NCBI GenBank assembly: GCA_951406725.2
Contig: OX597818.1
Coordinates: forward strand, 4,650,001 to 4,714,000
Direction: 5' to 3'
DNA: 64,000 nt
Origin: Octopus vulgaris
Taxonomy: Eukaryota
The notes under the pieces are model-generated. The model saw nothing but the letters and a program-made list of their open reading frames with translations. It had not been told where the DNA came from and ran no database searches. Of this stretch, positions 48,904 through 63,295 are shown one piece after another (the stretch's first letter is position 1; every line of letters begins with the position of its first letter). The translations under genes were made by a program, and so were the position numbers.

Positions 48904-50289
48904 AGGTGCATAGTGTTAGAAAACACAACATACTTCAGATATAGGCAAAAAGAAATTTCCCCTGAAATGACCACAAGAGCAAGCAGTAGATACACGCATG
49001 CATGCACACACAAAAATGTATTTATATAAGCTTTATTTTCTCCACATCAACCCTTTACTTTATTGTCTATTTCCCACATTCTTTGATGAAAGTTTGAAAC
49101 TAAAGTTCCTCATCCAAATAAATAAATAAACAAAGAAAAAGAGACAAAAAGGAAAAACAAATTAGTATAAAGAAGTGAATAATGTTAAGGAAGAAACAAT
49201 AAAAATAATGACTAGGAAAACAAATTTCTTTTCAAGAATAATACAAAAAAAGGGTTACAATAATGGAGTTAACAAAATAAAGAATAAAATGCAACAAAGT
49301 GAAAAATCGGCTTAAGATTTGTTTACCTACTTCTAAGTGATTTGATCATGATACTTGCAAATCTGAATTACTAAGTTTATACTTGCTGTTGTTTAAACTT
49401 CAAGACAAGCCAATACTTCTTCCTGATGTCTGAAAAGTCATTGATGCTACCATCAAAAAAAAAAAAAAAAAAAAAAAATGACCATCTTGCTTATCCTACA
49501 TATGACAATGATCGTTATAATGATAATGATGGTACATGTTATTTCTTAAGTGGGATGTACTACTATTTTTGTATTTTTTTTTATCATTTTGATGTGTGTT
49601 TTATTAATTAGTTGTTATTTGATTGAAAGACATAATCTATTGCCCTGTGGCTGACTCGTTAATGCATATAGCCAAGTCCATTTTAGTGCAAATATTAGAA
49701 CTTGTTTTTCAACTTGAGGATAACAAGGTTTCTCTCCTACTCCTTAAGGGACATTGAAAAAAGTGAATAGATACTGTCCTTCCTCCTGTGACTAATCCTT
49801 CAAAAATAAATGCTCCAGCTCAACCCTTGTAGAATCATGAATATATAACCATCTTTTTTTTTTGCTCAGACATATTATTCAGAATTTATCATATGTGTCC
49901 TTCCTTTTACTTTTATAAATTGTGATGTAAAACAACTTTGGTTGCTTTTTGTAGCAGGTTGAGCAACTACATAAATTAGCTCATTCATTAATCAATCAGC
50001 AAAAAGAAAACAACTTTTTCATTATACATAGCTATCATTTGGAATATAGCTTAGCAAAAAGTGTTACATAAAGTTACAATATGAGGTTTTAAGTTTTGGG
50101 TAATAAAAGGGTTAAACTTCTGCACATCATATTTGTGCGACAAATACGGTCATAAAGTTATTCTGCAAAACTTCAGTTTTCATAGAAGAATGATTGGAAT
50201 GGATATAGTGTAGCAGCTGGGGGTGAGAAAGGACAATTAGTTTGTCTGTCCACCTGTCCCATCCATCTGCCCATTTGCCTATTCATCCG

Positions 50290-52917
50290 TCTAGCTGTCC
50301 ATTCAGACAAACAAATAGTGGTGAGATATTCTGAAGAGGGTAATTAGAGTAGAAGAAGTAGGTTTTAGAAAAAATATTGTTGCAGAAGTTGAAGATAAGA
50401 ATTAATAAATTAGATGAGGCAATTAGGAAAGACATTGTGACTGTTGTGTTAGTGGAGAGAATAGCTCTTGACCATTTCTTCAATGCAAAAGAATAAAGTT
50501 GCATTGTCAGAGTTAAGGCACACACTCTAAGACATGAAGAAGCAAAAGTCATTTTATAGGCCCAGGTGGAAAATACGGAGCATGGCATCTAAGCACAACT
50601 GGGTCATGCAACTTGATCACAAGTAGATGTGTAAAGTTTTTCTAGTGGCACTTTGCTCAAAAACTTGGAGTGAATAGTGAGACAGAGACAGGGATGGACT
50701 TTAGTACTCACTTTGACAGCCTGCCAAGACTTTTAATGGAGGATACAGAGGGCCATGAAAAGCTGATAACAGTAGTTGAGACACAGGATGAGATAAGTGG
50801 TTGTACAAGGTATAAATTGCCTGGTTTGCTGGTTTGGTAGTCTGCCCCTATGAGGTTTATACATGCATGTCAGGCTTATTCACCACTGTCTAGGTAGATG
50901 TTTTAGATGTTTACTGTGACATGCAATAGAACAGGAAAATTTTCAGTTTTGTAAGCTGAGGAGCAAGGGTGCTGTTGGAGAAGACATGTAATACATAATT
51001 TTTGGTCCATAATTTTGCTAAAAGCATAGTTTAAAATTTTGGCCAAAGAGATTCACGCTTGCTGAGGTTAAGATTTTGGCCAAAGAGGTTCATGCTTGCT
51101 GAGAAATTGCAGGCATGTGCTATCCCAACCAGATTTTTCCATAACAACTTTCACCTGATGCAATACATCAAAGAGAGTATAAGTGGTAAACCTGACTTCA
51201 GTGGGACTCTGAACAACTGGAGTCAATTAAAAGCTTTGAAGCTTTGATAGGGTTGACCACCATTACTTGGTGGCTATCCTCAAAGCAACTGGCTTCAGAC
51301 CCATTACCAGAAGTTGGATCATGTTAATTCACAGTAGTGTTGGATCAGTGGTCACAATACATATCCCCCTTTTGGAACTGTTTTAGTCAGTCTGTCAATG
51401 GTATCCTCTTTTATCTCTTCTGTATTAACTCTTGAATCACTACTGAGGAAACTGGAGTTGTCGAAGGGCATCTCACTTGAACTGAGATGTGGATGATGTC
51501 ATTATCATAGTGGTGAATGCCATGAAAATCAGGTAGCCAGCACTACTCTAAAAGAATACAGGACTGTGTAGAGTAAAAGTTAAATGGGATAAATCACTGG
51601 GCTTGCACTTTAGCACCTGGAGAGGTTAGTCCATACCATCACACAGCACCGTGGAGCATTGAACTTACGGTCCTGTTAAAATGCTTGAGGTCTGGTTCAG
51701 TACAAAACTCCAGGTGGATAGGAACTAGGACTAGGTAATGAGCAAGATAACTAATCTCATCCAGAAATGTAAAGTGGGGCATAAGAGGCAAACACTACTG
51801 TTGCCTTCATTATATATAACTGCCTGATTGTTATATCTTGTCCTAGTTTTCATTAGATCAGAGTAGTGTCTGCACTTGTGCTTCTTGTAAAAGTAGAATG
51901 TTTCACTGGTCAAAATGTCCATCTACTGTCACCATCCTCTTCACGGAGGGCTCAGCATGCTGTAGCTGCTAAAGCACAGTTACGCATTAAGGCTCTAATA
52001 TATTCCTAAATGGTGCACAGGTGTGGTCACATTTTGTAAGGTACATTTTTCCTCAGTATGTACTTTTGATAGAGCTGCACTCCCATGTCAAGCAGAGATA
52101 AAACTACATATCTTGCATCTGGAATGATGTCAAGTGCTCATAGCTCTCCACTTGTTGGGTAATGTATTCTATAAAGGACTAGTGGTAGGGAAGAGTGACA
52201 ATGTTCTTGAGAAAACTCAAGGCATCAATGAGAATCAATTAGCTGATCTGTTTCAGAGAACTTCTGGCCAAGGAACTACGGTCAATTTCCAAAAATCCCT
52301 AACCTGGTAATGCTATCAGGGTGTATTGCCAGTTTGGGACAAACTGTACAAGCATGGAAGTGTCATCAGCTGGGCCTGTCCAAGATGCATGCAGAATAAT
52401 GAACTCATTCTGTATGAACTTGTTGAGTGCCTAAGCATTGCTGGTATGTGGAGTTTTGTTGAAGAGGGTGGATCTGGCTATCATCTGAGTTCATTGCAGC
52501 AATTATCCCAATGCTCTCCTTTGGCCAGGAAGAGCAGAGAATTTCCCTGTTGGGCCATGGTGAAAAAGACTGTGTGGTGAATGAAACTAAAAAGACTGCA
52601 AACTTCTTTTTGCAGCTAGACCCTCATTAACTTTTTCAAGGAAAGTAAAAGTAGAAAGAGAGGTGCTTCCTCCAAGTAAATTTGTTGAAAGGTGGCTAAG
52701 AATAGTGAACATTGGGTAAGAGAATGGGCCTACTTTGAATTTGCTAGTAAAGTCTAAGAAAATGGATTAGAGAGGCACTTGCTCATTATTTATTAATTTT
52801 GCTAGTGGTTTATTTTTACACAACCTATGCAAACCCCTCATTCTGTTTGTCATTTTGTTATTGCCTTTGTTTTTCTTTGAGCCCTTGTGGCTAATAAAGA
52901 AATCTTTATTGTTATTG
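50290..52917 (+). mobile_element. 5'-truncated, heavily decayed Tx1/L1-like LINE (same family as 24538-29718)
   Basis: Collinear similarity, e.g. 'gcattgtcagagttaaggc' (50501 vs 27169), CAIPTRFFHNNFHLMQYI, CPRCMQNNE; 3' AATAAAGAAATC plus ATT tail. Confidence 0.82.
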
Positions 52918-54169
52918 TGTACTGTAATCAAATTAGCTTGGTCATGAGATATTAACAAGATGATCTTTGTACAAAGAGGGAGAGGAATATAGATAAAGGG
53001 AGAGAAAGAGTAATGGGGGGAGATAAAAGAAGGGGTTAAGAAGGGAGGTCTCTTTGTATCTCTAGTATATGAAATTGTTCCAGAGAGAGAAAGGGAGACA
53101 CAAAGAAAAAGAGAGTGAGAGAGAAAGAAAGGGAGCCACAAAGAGAGTGAGAGAGAGAAAAGGAGACACAAAAAGAGTGAGAGAGTATTTGTGTGAGAAA
53201 GAAATGAAGAAAATGGGAAAGAGAAAGAGTTATTGAATGTGAGAGAAATAGGTTAATAAGAAGGGGAAATGGTTGAAAATATGGGTCCTATATTTCTTTG
53301 TAAAAAAGGTGAATCAGGCAGTAAGACCATTATGTATGTGTACGTAATACATGGACAAACTAAGTGAGAGAGTGTGTGCTAAAGAATGAAGTTAAAGACA
53401 AGGGCAATGCAGCCTTGATGAATCCGCTGAGATTGAGCAACAAAGGTTAGTAAAAATAATGCAAGTGGAATAAATGTAGATTAGCAGTTATAAAGAGTCA
53501 GGAAATAATGGAAAGGATAAAGGGAATTTCAGTGCCAAACAGAATGAACTAAGAAAAGAAGCAACTATATGACAAAGAATGGCACTTCCTGCAGGACAAT
53601 ACCTTCTGGCAGTATGGCTTTGCCAGTAAAAGCAAGCTTAGAAAGAAAAGTTAGATATTATCAAGTCAGTTACAAATTGCTCATTCTATTCATAATTAAT
53701 ATGATTTTGGCAGTACTCCATCTCTTGGCTTGCTACTTTCAATGAACTTTGTGGAAGACAGAATATAACAGATTGGAACAGCTATACCTTGAAAGGCTCT
53801 TTTATACAAATCTCACATTCTCTTTTTCTGCACCCCTACTCTCTCTCTCTCTGTAAGTGTATTGGTTTATAATTGCCTCAGCTTCGACATTCTAAGTATT
53901 TTCTGGTACATGGCAAAGAACCTTATTGACCAATCAATCTGATTTTCTCTGACAGAAATCAGAAATTCTTTGGTAAAGTGCCATCTGCCGATTTACCTTA
54001 ATCTGCAACAATAGTTTTGACAACAATTATACAAGAATTTTCTTTAGTCAGTAATTTTTTTCTATTTAATGTTTTATTTCACAAGTGTTTCTTGGAAAAA
54101 TAAAATATATAAATAAATAACATCTGTATTTATGGTTGGTGAACTTACAAGCCATTTTCCTCAAATCAG

Positions 54170-54660
54170 TAATTAAAAAAACTTCTCCTCCTCCTTTTTG
54201 CTATCGTTGTTGTCAGCAGTTTTAGGTGTTTTAGTGTTGGATAGAGATTGTGTAGGATGTATGGTTTGAGCTGTACAAATGGGTGGCAACTATGTAGAAC
54301 TTAAGTTGTGGCTATAACAGTATCAGGTATGTGGAATATACTATTTTGTTGGATGTTGATTGTGTTGTATATGGTGAATGTATTGTTTGAATTGTACTAT
54401 GGTATGTATTGAAAGTGTCTTGTATAGGATTAGGGCTGCACCTAGCAAAATTTGTTTGGCTTGTGATGTGAGCCTTGATAGAATTTGTATGTCTTTTTTA
54501 CCCCCCTTTTTTTATCATGTTTATATTTCAAGTTATTATTTTCATGTCCCACATCCTCCTTATTTTAATTTCAAGATCTTTGTCCTTTGACAGTTTCTCC
54601 ATCTTCTCTCTTTGATGGCAAGGATGAGAGGTTTAGTACTGCAGCTGCTTTATCAGTGTG
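54170..54660 (-). mobile_element. Possible decayed PLE GIY-YIG fragment
   Basis: Relics KFYQGS and KPY on the minus strand, plus a degenerate hammerhead-like core at 54588-54656. Confidence 0.3.
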
Positions 54661-54683
54661 AACACTTTATTTGGCAGTATACT

Positions 54684-55035
54684 GTGAAGGCGCATGGCTC
54701 AGTGGTTAGAGCGTCGAGCTTACGATCATGAGGTTGTGAGCTCGAATCCCGAACCGGGCTGCGTGTTATGTTCTCGAGCAAGGCACTTTATTTCACGTTG
54801 CTCCAGTTCACTCAGCTGTAGAAATGAGTTGCGACGTCACATGTGCCAAGCTGTATCGACCTTTGTCTTTCCCTTGGATAACACTGGTGGCGTGGAGAGG
54901 GGAGGCCGGTATGCATGGGCGACTGCTGGCCTTCCATAAACAACCTTGCCCAGACTTGTGTCTAGGAGGGTAACTTTCTAGGTGCAATCCCATGGTCATT
55001 CATGACCGAAGGGGGTCTTTACCCCCTTTACCTTA
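54684..55035 (+). mobile_element. tRNA-derived SINE family B
   Basis: tRNA-like head GGCGCATGGCTCAGTGGTTAGAGCG...TCGAATCCC continuing into a CORE-like body; matches 6797-7134. Confidence 0.88.
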
Positions 55036-55233
55036 CTGCTAAGACTGTGGTAAATTATCAAATACCTCTCAGTAATCAACTCAGTCCTTACTAAATTTTG
55101 TTTTGTACTCTTGGATGACTTCAATAATGGCTTGGTTCACCAGTTGCTGCTCTGACCATAAGTCACTGATACAGATCTTACAGGTAATGAATGCCATATG
55201 AGTGAAATTGGTAAACTGAAACTGCTTAGAAGC

Positions 55234-55264
<31 letters not shown>

Positions 55265-55934
55265 CATGCACATGCATGCGTGTGTATGTTTCTCTGAATC
55301 ATATTTGAAATAGCAAAGGTATTTTGATTTTCATTCTTCAATTTTATTTCCTGATGAATTGCTTTACTCATCTCATTCAAATTAATTATGCATTTCACTA
55401 TATTATATTATGTAAAGGTTATATGGATGGTGATATTTGTATTTTAACTGTAGAAACAGCTGTAGAACTAAAGAATTAAATTTTGAAATATTAGAATGAT
55501 CTTTGTGTTTTGATTTTTTAAAATATGTTGCTCTGACCATTCATTTTAGCCAGTTTAACTCTTAAGGAACTCATTCCTATTATAGATATTAAATTGAAAT
55601 AATAATATATTCCAGTTTAACAAATGATCACTAAATTCAGCTGATAAATTTTTATAGTGCTTAGGCAATGAATTTTGTAATTAAAACTAAAATATTGGCT
55701 TCTATAAAGCATCTTCACAAGGCATAATCCCTGGGAAATAGTAACTCTGTATTGCATACACTAAGAACTTTGTCTCTCTTCTCTCGTGGCGCAACCAACA
55801 TTCCATGAATTTCTTCCAGACTAATTATTTTCCAACCATAAGAAATGTTTTGCTTCATAAAATGTTGGCAATTAGTAAAAAGAACAAAATAGTGTTATAT
55901 ATGATTACCACTGACTGGAAATTTTGAAAGCTTT

Positions 55935-56335
55935 GTAGTATGATAAGAAGTTTGCTTCCCAATCCATATGGTTCCAGGTTTAGTCTTATTGCATGGAATT
56001 TTGAGCAAGTGTCATCTACTAAAGTTTCAGGCTGACAAAACTTTGTGAGTAAAAAAGAAAAAAGGTAAAGTTACCTTCTTGAGTCATGGCCACTCATAAG
56101 GGCCAGTTTCCCAGTTTCCATGGCATATAAATTTCCCACCTGGACGGGATGCTGGTGCATCTCAGAATTACTCACTTTTGCCAGCTGAGTGGACTGGAGC
56201 TACATGAAATGAAATGTTTTGCTAAAGAACGACAATGTGCCACCTTCTTATGATCATAAGTCCAACACCATAACCACTAAGTCACATGCCTCCACTCCTT
56301 GTGAGTGTATTTGGTAGATGGAAACTGAAAGAAAC

Positions 56336-56366
<31 letters not shown>

Positions 56367-56405
56367 TATGTGTATGTGTCTTTGTGTTTGTCATTCACCA
56401 CCACT
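55935..56405 (+). mobile_element. SINE family A copy containing a nested opposite-strand SINE (~56064-56297)
   Basis: The family A body breaks at 'ttgtgagt' (~56043-56050) and resumes at 'ttgtgagt' (~56299-56306). The insert resembles a family B head in reverse. Confidence 0.7.
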
Positions 56406-56407
56406 TG

Positions 56408-58230
56408 ACATCATCATCATCCACATTTAATGTCTGCTTTCCATGCTGGCATGGGTTAGATGGATTGACTGGAACTGGTAAGCTGGAGAGCTGCACCAAG
56501 ATTCAGTCTGAATTTGGCTTGGTATCTAAGGCTGGATGCCTTTCCTAACACCAACCACTTCAAGAGCATTGCAAATACTTTCTATGCATCACTGGCACTG
56601 GTCCTTTTACATGTCTCTGGCACTGGTCATAACTAAGATTTCACTTGGCTTGATGAGTCTTTTCAAGTTCTGGTAGTAATTCAGCTATAAGAACAAGGTC
56701 ATCAGCATGAAGGAGCTATCCGGGGCAGCCTAACTTAAATTCCTCTGTTATTGCTTGGAGGACTATGATGAACAAGAGGAGGCTGAGGACTGATCCTTGG
56801 TGGACTTCTACTTGTATGTTGAATTTATCGTTATACTTGTTGCCAACCTTTGCCTTCCTGACAGCATTCCTGTACATGGCTTGAACAGCTCTCACCAACC
56901 ACTACTCTATCTCTAGTTTATGCAATGATGACTAGATAAGGGAATGGGGAACCCTGTCTCCATATCAACAAAAGCCAAGTACAGAGATTTATTTTTGGCT
57001 CGGTACTTTTGCAGCTGCCTTCCAAAGAATATAGCATCAGTGGTGCTTCTCCCTGGCACAAAACCAAACTACATCCCATCTAGCTTAACTCTCTTCCTGA
57101 TTAGTTGGGCTATGGCTCTCTCCATAACTTTCATCACCTGATCCAAATGTTTGATACCTCTGTAATTGCTTGTATCTAAGGCATCACCTTTGCCTTTGTA
57201 GCAGTTGACTATGGTGCTGCTACACCAGTCATTGGGTATGACTCCATCGTGTACAACCCGATTGACTATATGGGTGATGAGACCAAAACCCACACCACCA
57301 AATTTTTAAAGCATTACAGCAATGATTCCTGATGGGCCAGGTACTTTCCCAATCTTGATATCGTTCATGGCTATTTCTACCAAGCTACTGCCTATTTGGA
57401 TAGCTGGTCCCTCTGTTGGATCCATCCTGGGCAGATTCTCCTTCTCCCATGCCTGTAGTCACTAATGACTAATCTACACTAAGGGGCACATTCTTCACCA
57501 GGGAAGGTCTTTAAATTTATGAGCAACTGTGAATCATGCTTTCTGATGAGAATGTAGTCACTCTGGTTAGCATGGTTACTGGATTTATAGGTTATCAGGT
57601 GACAGGCTAGTTTCCTGAAGTTGCTGTTGCAGATCATTAGGTCATTCACATCACAGAACTCCAACTCATTTTGGGAACCAATTCCTGGGTGTTGCCTGAT
57701 GTATCTGTTGAAATCACCAGCCATGAAGATGAGGTCACTGTAATTTGAGATAGCCTGCAGAAGAATGTCATAAAAGGGGTCCTTTTGTTCATGTGGCAAA
57801 GATGATTGTTGCTGTGCAACTGTAAAACTAGCCTAGGTTTGAGTACTCTATCACATACTCTGTCTATCTCAATCACCTTATTGAACCATTTCTCTGCTAG
57901 AAGTATGTACACACCTACTCCCATCACTGTTACCCTCTCAGATGAGTTTATACCTTTGCCATCCCTGCCACATCAACACATCTCTGTTCAAGCATCTCAA
58001 CAATCTCAATGGACATACCTTTCAATGTGCCTACATTGACAGTTCAAAGTCTGAGAGAATATATGGGGAGGCAGGAGGTAACATGAGGCAAGGGAACTGC
58101 AGTTTTCAGCACTTGAAGAAGGTTCTAAAGGGCTTTTGCCAACAGACATGTCATAACAGTTGTCCTTGCATTTAATCTCCCACATTTCATATTATACTTG
58201 CTGCCTCCACTGGGTGTGGGTGCTGTATAG
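56408..58230 (-). mobile_element. Internally deleted RTE LINE
   Basis: APE relics (FMAGDFN, KTFPGEECAP), RT relics (NYRGIK, VHQGSVLS), 3' UTR and (CAT)n. Confidence 0.88.
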
Positions 58231-58259
58231 CATTATATATATTATATATATAAACTATC

Positions 58260-59876
58260 TGGGTCATAGCTCAATTAATTAGGAAGAGAGCTAGTGTAGA
58301 TGAGATGCAGTTTGGATTTGTGACAGGCAGGAGCATGACTGATGCTATATTCCTGGTTAGGCAACTAAAAGAGAAGTATTTAGTCAAAAATGAACCACTG
58401 TACTTGACTTTTGTTGACATGAAGAAACCCTTTGACAGGGTCCCCCACTCCCTTATCTGGTGGTCAATGCGGAAGCTAGAGATAGATGAGTGATTAGTGA
58501 GAGCGGGACATGACATGTACAGGGATGCTGCCAGTAAGGTGAAGATTGACAATGAGTATAGCAATGAATTCAGTGTACAGGTAAGGGTCCACCAAAACCC
58601 AATTCTCAGCACCTCACCCCCATTTACCTTAGTTCTCCAGATATTAACAAAAGAATCCAAGTCCCAGGTAGCTCCTCTATGCTGATGACCTTGTTCTTGT
58701 AGCTGAATCACTACTTGACGTGGAGAAGAAATTTCAGGTGTGGAAACAAGGCCTGGAATTAAAGGGCTTCATAGTTAATTTAGCAAAAGCCAAAATCTTA
58801 GTAAGTAGGAAAACAGACAAATTACAAGTCCCTTCTGGGAGATGACTCTGCTCACTATGTAAGAAGGGTGTTGGTAGAAACTCCGATTTGGACACATAAG
58901 AAGTGTAGCAGTATCACAGGAAGATTAATGGAGCATATAGTCTTTGTGTGTGGCAAATGTGCAGGTATATCCACAGACAGCAGGCTACCCCAAATGTTTG
59001 AGTGATCATTAGAAGCAGTAGATAGCTTCTGTTACCTAAGAGACCAAGTTAGCATTGGAAGAGGAAGTTCGGAAAGTGTAGTTGCTAGGAAAAGAATGGA
59101 CTGGGCAAAGTTCTGAGGGCTTCTCTCTCAGAATGAAAGGCAGAGTATATGATGCCTGTGTACATACAGCTACGTTACATGGCAGTGAAACATGGGCCTT
59201 GACAACAGAAGGCTTGAAAGAAATGATGCTAGTATGCTCCACTGAATGGGTAATGTCAGTGTGCATGCATGACAAAGTTTAAATGATTTAAGAGGAAAAC
59301 TGGGTATAAGAAGCATCAGATTTTGTGTGGAAGAGAGACGACTGCACTGGTTTGGTTATGTCATGTGTATAGTTGAGGACAGCTGCGTAAAGAAGTGCCA
59401 AGCTATAATTGTGGAGGGTATTTGTTGAAAGGGTAGACCCAGCAAGATGTGGGACAAAGTGGTGAGAAAGGATCTTTGGATGCTGGGCTTCACTGAGGAA
59501 ATGACAAGGGATCGGGAGATGTGGTGATTTGCTGTACTTGATAAAATGCTTCAAGCTAAGCAAAATCACTGTCTTCCACACATACAGGCTTGTCCCTTCA
59601 GGTGCTGGTGCCACATAAAAAGCACCTGTGCTGGTTCTGCATAAAGGCATCTGTGCTGGTGCTGCATAAATGCATTTGTGCCAGTGACATATAAAAAGTG
59701 CCCAGAACACTATGTTAAATGGTTGGTATTAGGATGGGTGTCCAGCCATAGAACCATGCCTCAACAAACAATTGGAGTTTGGACATCTCCCTGTTAGACA
59801 GCTCCATATCAAAACGTCCAACCCATACCAGCATAGAAAACGGACATTGAACGACAACGATGACAATGATGATGAT
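58260..59876 (+). mobile_element. 5'-truncated RTE LINE
   Basis: MQFGFVTGRSMTDAIF, LYADDL (58676-58693), LHGSETW, 3' UTR and (GAC/GAT)n tail. Confidence 0.88.
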
Positions 59877-59885
59877 ATATATCTC

Positions 59886-60110
59886 TTTTATCTCTGGCTT
59901 GTTTCAATCAGTTAACTGTAGCCATGCTGGGGCACTAGCTTGAATTTTTTTTAGTTGAACAAATCAACCCCAGTAATTATTTTTTTAAAGCTTGGTACTT
60001 ATTATATTGGTCTCTTTTGCCGAACCATTAAGTCATGGGAACTTAAGCACACAAACACTGGTTGTCAAGCAGTGGAGGAGGAAAAAACAGACACAAAGAC
60101 ACACAGATAT
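59886..60110 (-). mobile_element. SINE family A 3' half
   Basis: Reverse complement of the family A tail. Confidence 0.65.
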
Positions 60111-60119
60111 ATTTATACT

Positions 60120-60360
60120 TATATTTGGGAGCTCAAGGATGACAATGTTAAACTTGATTTGAGTTGGGACATCATTAGGGTCACTAAGCCGTACTTAAAC
60201 AGTAGATATGGATGCAGACTTTGCTGCATGGAGCTATTTGAAATTTAAAGGATATCTAATAGTGAAAATCTACTAAATAATAAACTAGACCTTTATCTTT
60301 CCTGTATACATAAGACTATCCATACGTTTAAATACTTTAAGGATATTAAACAACCTCTAT
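60120..60360 (+). mobile_element. PLE (Naiad-like) GIY-YIG C-terminal fragment
   Basis: YIWELKDDNVKLDLSWDIIRVTKPYLNSRYGCRLCCMELFEI, homologous to 8640-8770. Confidence 0.7.
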
Positions 60361-61619
60361 AATAGCCCCCAACCTAGGTCCAATCCAATTTACTCCCTCT
60401 TTCGCTGACCCCCTAGCCTATCGATCTACCCATTCCTTTCTGAGTCCCCCTAGTCTTGTTTTACCTTTACCAAACCTTTTGTTCCCTCTTACTGTATTTG
60501 CATGGTATTCTATATTGAAGGAATTAACCATTCTATTTGTGGTGTACCTGCTATTATACTATAGTGATGAGAGTGATATTTAACCTCTAGTAGCAACCCG
60601 CAAACCCTAGACAGTTTGTTTCTATTCCTATTTGGTATATACCCATTACATCAACATACAGTTTTTTAAGCAGCATTTGTTATATAGTAGATAGAACACA
60701 CTATCCAAACCTCTTACCAGTGACTATTGTTTTGAGTTGCTTCACCTGATTCACACAAAGATGATAATGCCATTCAATTTTGATATCACCGCCACCATTC
60801 CATATTGTTAATCATAAGACTATTCCCTACTTCTGGCTTTCCTTGATATCCCATCAGCTATTTCCTCTAACTCCATACTTGGTGTAGTTCATTATATAAG
60901 CTCATCCTTCTTTAAATTCCTTATTGATAGGTAGCACTGGGTCTTCGTACCTTTCCTGCCCCCTATTTTTAACCAATATTCACTGAATACACCTAAATTT
61001 CTCTGTTTCTCTGTTCCCATCCCCTGATCATTTACCATTAACTAGAGATTCCTATACCCTGACCCTATACCTGATTGGCTTGTATACTTTCATTTTTATT
61101 TTTATTTTTCCTTCATCCTTAATTTTGATTTCTTTCTTTCTTCCCTTATCCTTAATTGTTTTGTGACCTCTCCTTACTTCTCACTACTCTAAGCCTACTA
61201 TAATGAATTATCTCCTACACCCCACTCCAGTTTACCTATGACTTAGTCTAGCAGACTCCTTCTCACCTGAATCACAGCAAGACACCTGTTTCTGTACCTC
61301 TATTCTTTCTCTAAACTCTCATCACCCAGTACAAAACCTCCTCTCTCAATGTTAATCTCCTTCTCAGCTGAGGAGTCTTAGTCTTGCAAGTTACTTTGCT
61401 GGTGTTGGTGCCACACGGAAAGCACCCAGTACACTCTGTAAAGTAACTGGCATTTGGAAGGGCATCTAGCTAAAGAAACCATGTCAAAGCAAACAGTAGA
61501 ACTTGATACTGTCATCTAGTTTGCCAGCTTCTGTCAAACCATCCAACCTGTGCAAGTGGGTTCAATGCTGTGCAACACTATCCACTCAATATGAATTCAC
61601 ATTGGGATTTCATGAAATC

Positions 61620-63290
61620 TCAGGTGAAGAATGTACAACCTAACATAGGTTAGTAGATAATGACTTCAGACTTAGAGCTAGAAGGAATTGGAGAAACAAA
61701 ACAGTCTGGAAAAGGAGGATATGAAAGCTTAAAGACCCAGCACACTGGAAGAAATTTAGAGAAATTCTAATTGAAATATGTAAATTCTAATTGAAGTATA
61801 TAACAAGGAGGAGGAGTTAGAGGTACAGAGGACAACTGGAAGCTTCTGCAGGAGAATCTATTGAGAGCCACAGACCAAATCTGTGGCTGGTACAAAATCC
61901 TGACCAAGTTGAAGATGATATCATGGTGGAACACTGAAGTACAGAGAATATAAAAACAAAAGGACAAGCCTGGAAAGAATGGAAAAAAAAGGTGGTAGTA
62001 GAGAATTATATAAGGCAGCTAGAAGTGAAGCTTGACAAGCGGTTTACATAGCAAAGAGAAAAGCAGAAAGTAGGAGATTTATCTATATTCTACATTGTGA
62101 GGATCAGAGGAATGCGGTGTTCCACACTGCAAGACAGTGTGTCAGAGAAAATTGAAGCAGTGTGCATGAGAGGTGTATGTGGATGGGTAATAGTACACTT
62201 GCACTTTGTGATTCTAAAAAGAAAGAAGTATGAAAGTGCTACAAGGAAAGGCTACTATTAAATGCGGAAAATGTTTATATGAAAGAAGGTCTTCTGAATG
62301 TAGACCCAACAGAGGGACCAGCCATCTGAGTTGACAGCAGTATAATAGATAAAGCAATTGAGGACACAACGAAAGAAAAGCTTCTGGTCTATCAGGAACC
62401 ACCACTGAGATGCTTAAAATATCCAATGACTGGTGTAGCAACATTATAGAAGCAATTAGAGAGGACCAGATCATGAAAGTTACAGTGAGAGTTATAGCCC
62501 AATTAATTAGGAATAGAATTAGATTACCTGAGATGCAATTTGGTTTTGTGTCAGGAAGGAGTACTGTGGATGTCATCCTCCTAGTAAAGCAACAGCAAGA
62601 GAAATATCCAGCTAAAAGTAAACCATTGTACTTGGCATTCATTGACCTGAAGAAAACCACAAAGTCCTCACTCTATGATCTGTGATCTCTAAGAAAGCTA
62701 GGAATAGACAAATGGCTTGTTAAAACCATACATGACATGTACAGAAGTGCTGTCAGAAGAGGGAGAGTCAGCCATGAGTACAGCAATGAATTTAGTGTAC
62801 AAGCAGGAGTTAACCAGGACTCAGTACTCAGCCCCTTCCCTTCATCATAGTTCTTCAGGCATAACAGAAGAATTTAAAACTGGTTGTCCTTGGGAACTAC
62901 TATATGCTATATCTTCATTCTTACAACATAATCTGTAGCAGAACAGGGAAAAATTTCAGGTATGGAAGCAAAACCTGGAATAAAAGAGCTTTAAAGTTAA
63001 CCTAACAAAGACCTAAGTTGTAGTTAGCAGAAAACATAACACTCTGTTTCTGTCAGGTAAATGTTCCAGCTTGATATGTAGGGAAGGTGGTGGAAAGAAT
63101 TCCTTTCGATGTACTCTGTGCAAGTTATGGACACATAAAAGATGCAGTGGTATCTCAGGAAGGTTAACAGAAAAAGTAGTCTTTGTATGTGGCTGATGTG
63201 CTGGAACAATAAACTCCAAGGATATATGAGAAATAATTTCCTCAAATGTTCAAAAGACTCCCTAGAGGTTGTAGATAGTTTTTTGTTAAC
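61620..63290 (+). mobile_element. Old degenerate RTE LINE body
   Basis: MQFGFVSGRSTVDVI, LYLAFIDLKK, EEFKTGCPWELLYA, PHD relic. An RTE 3' UTR piece precedes it at ~61250-61560. Confidence 0.85.
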
Positions 63291-63295
63291 TAGTA

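Noticed and set aside
54588-54656. Further hammerhead-like cores (also ~13830-13865, ~31895-31950, 41852)
   Set aside because: The core is mutated or there is no convincing stem I or stem III, so they cannot be supported as ribozymes.
54689-54760. tRNA gene (also 7060-7130 and 29961-30035)
   Set aside because: No proper acceptor stem, and the sequence runs on into a multi-copy SINE body.
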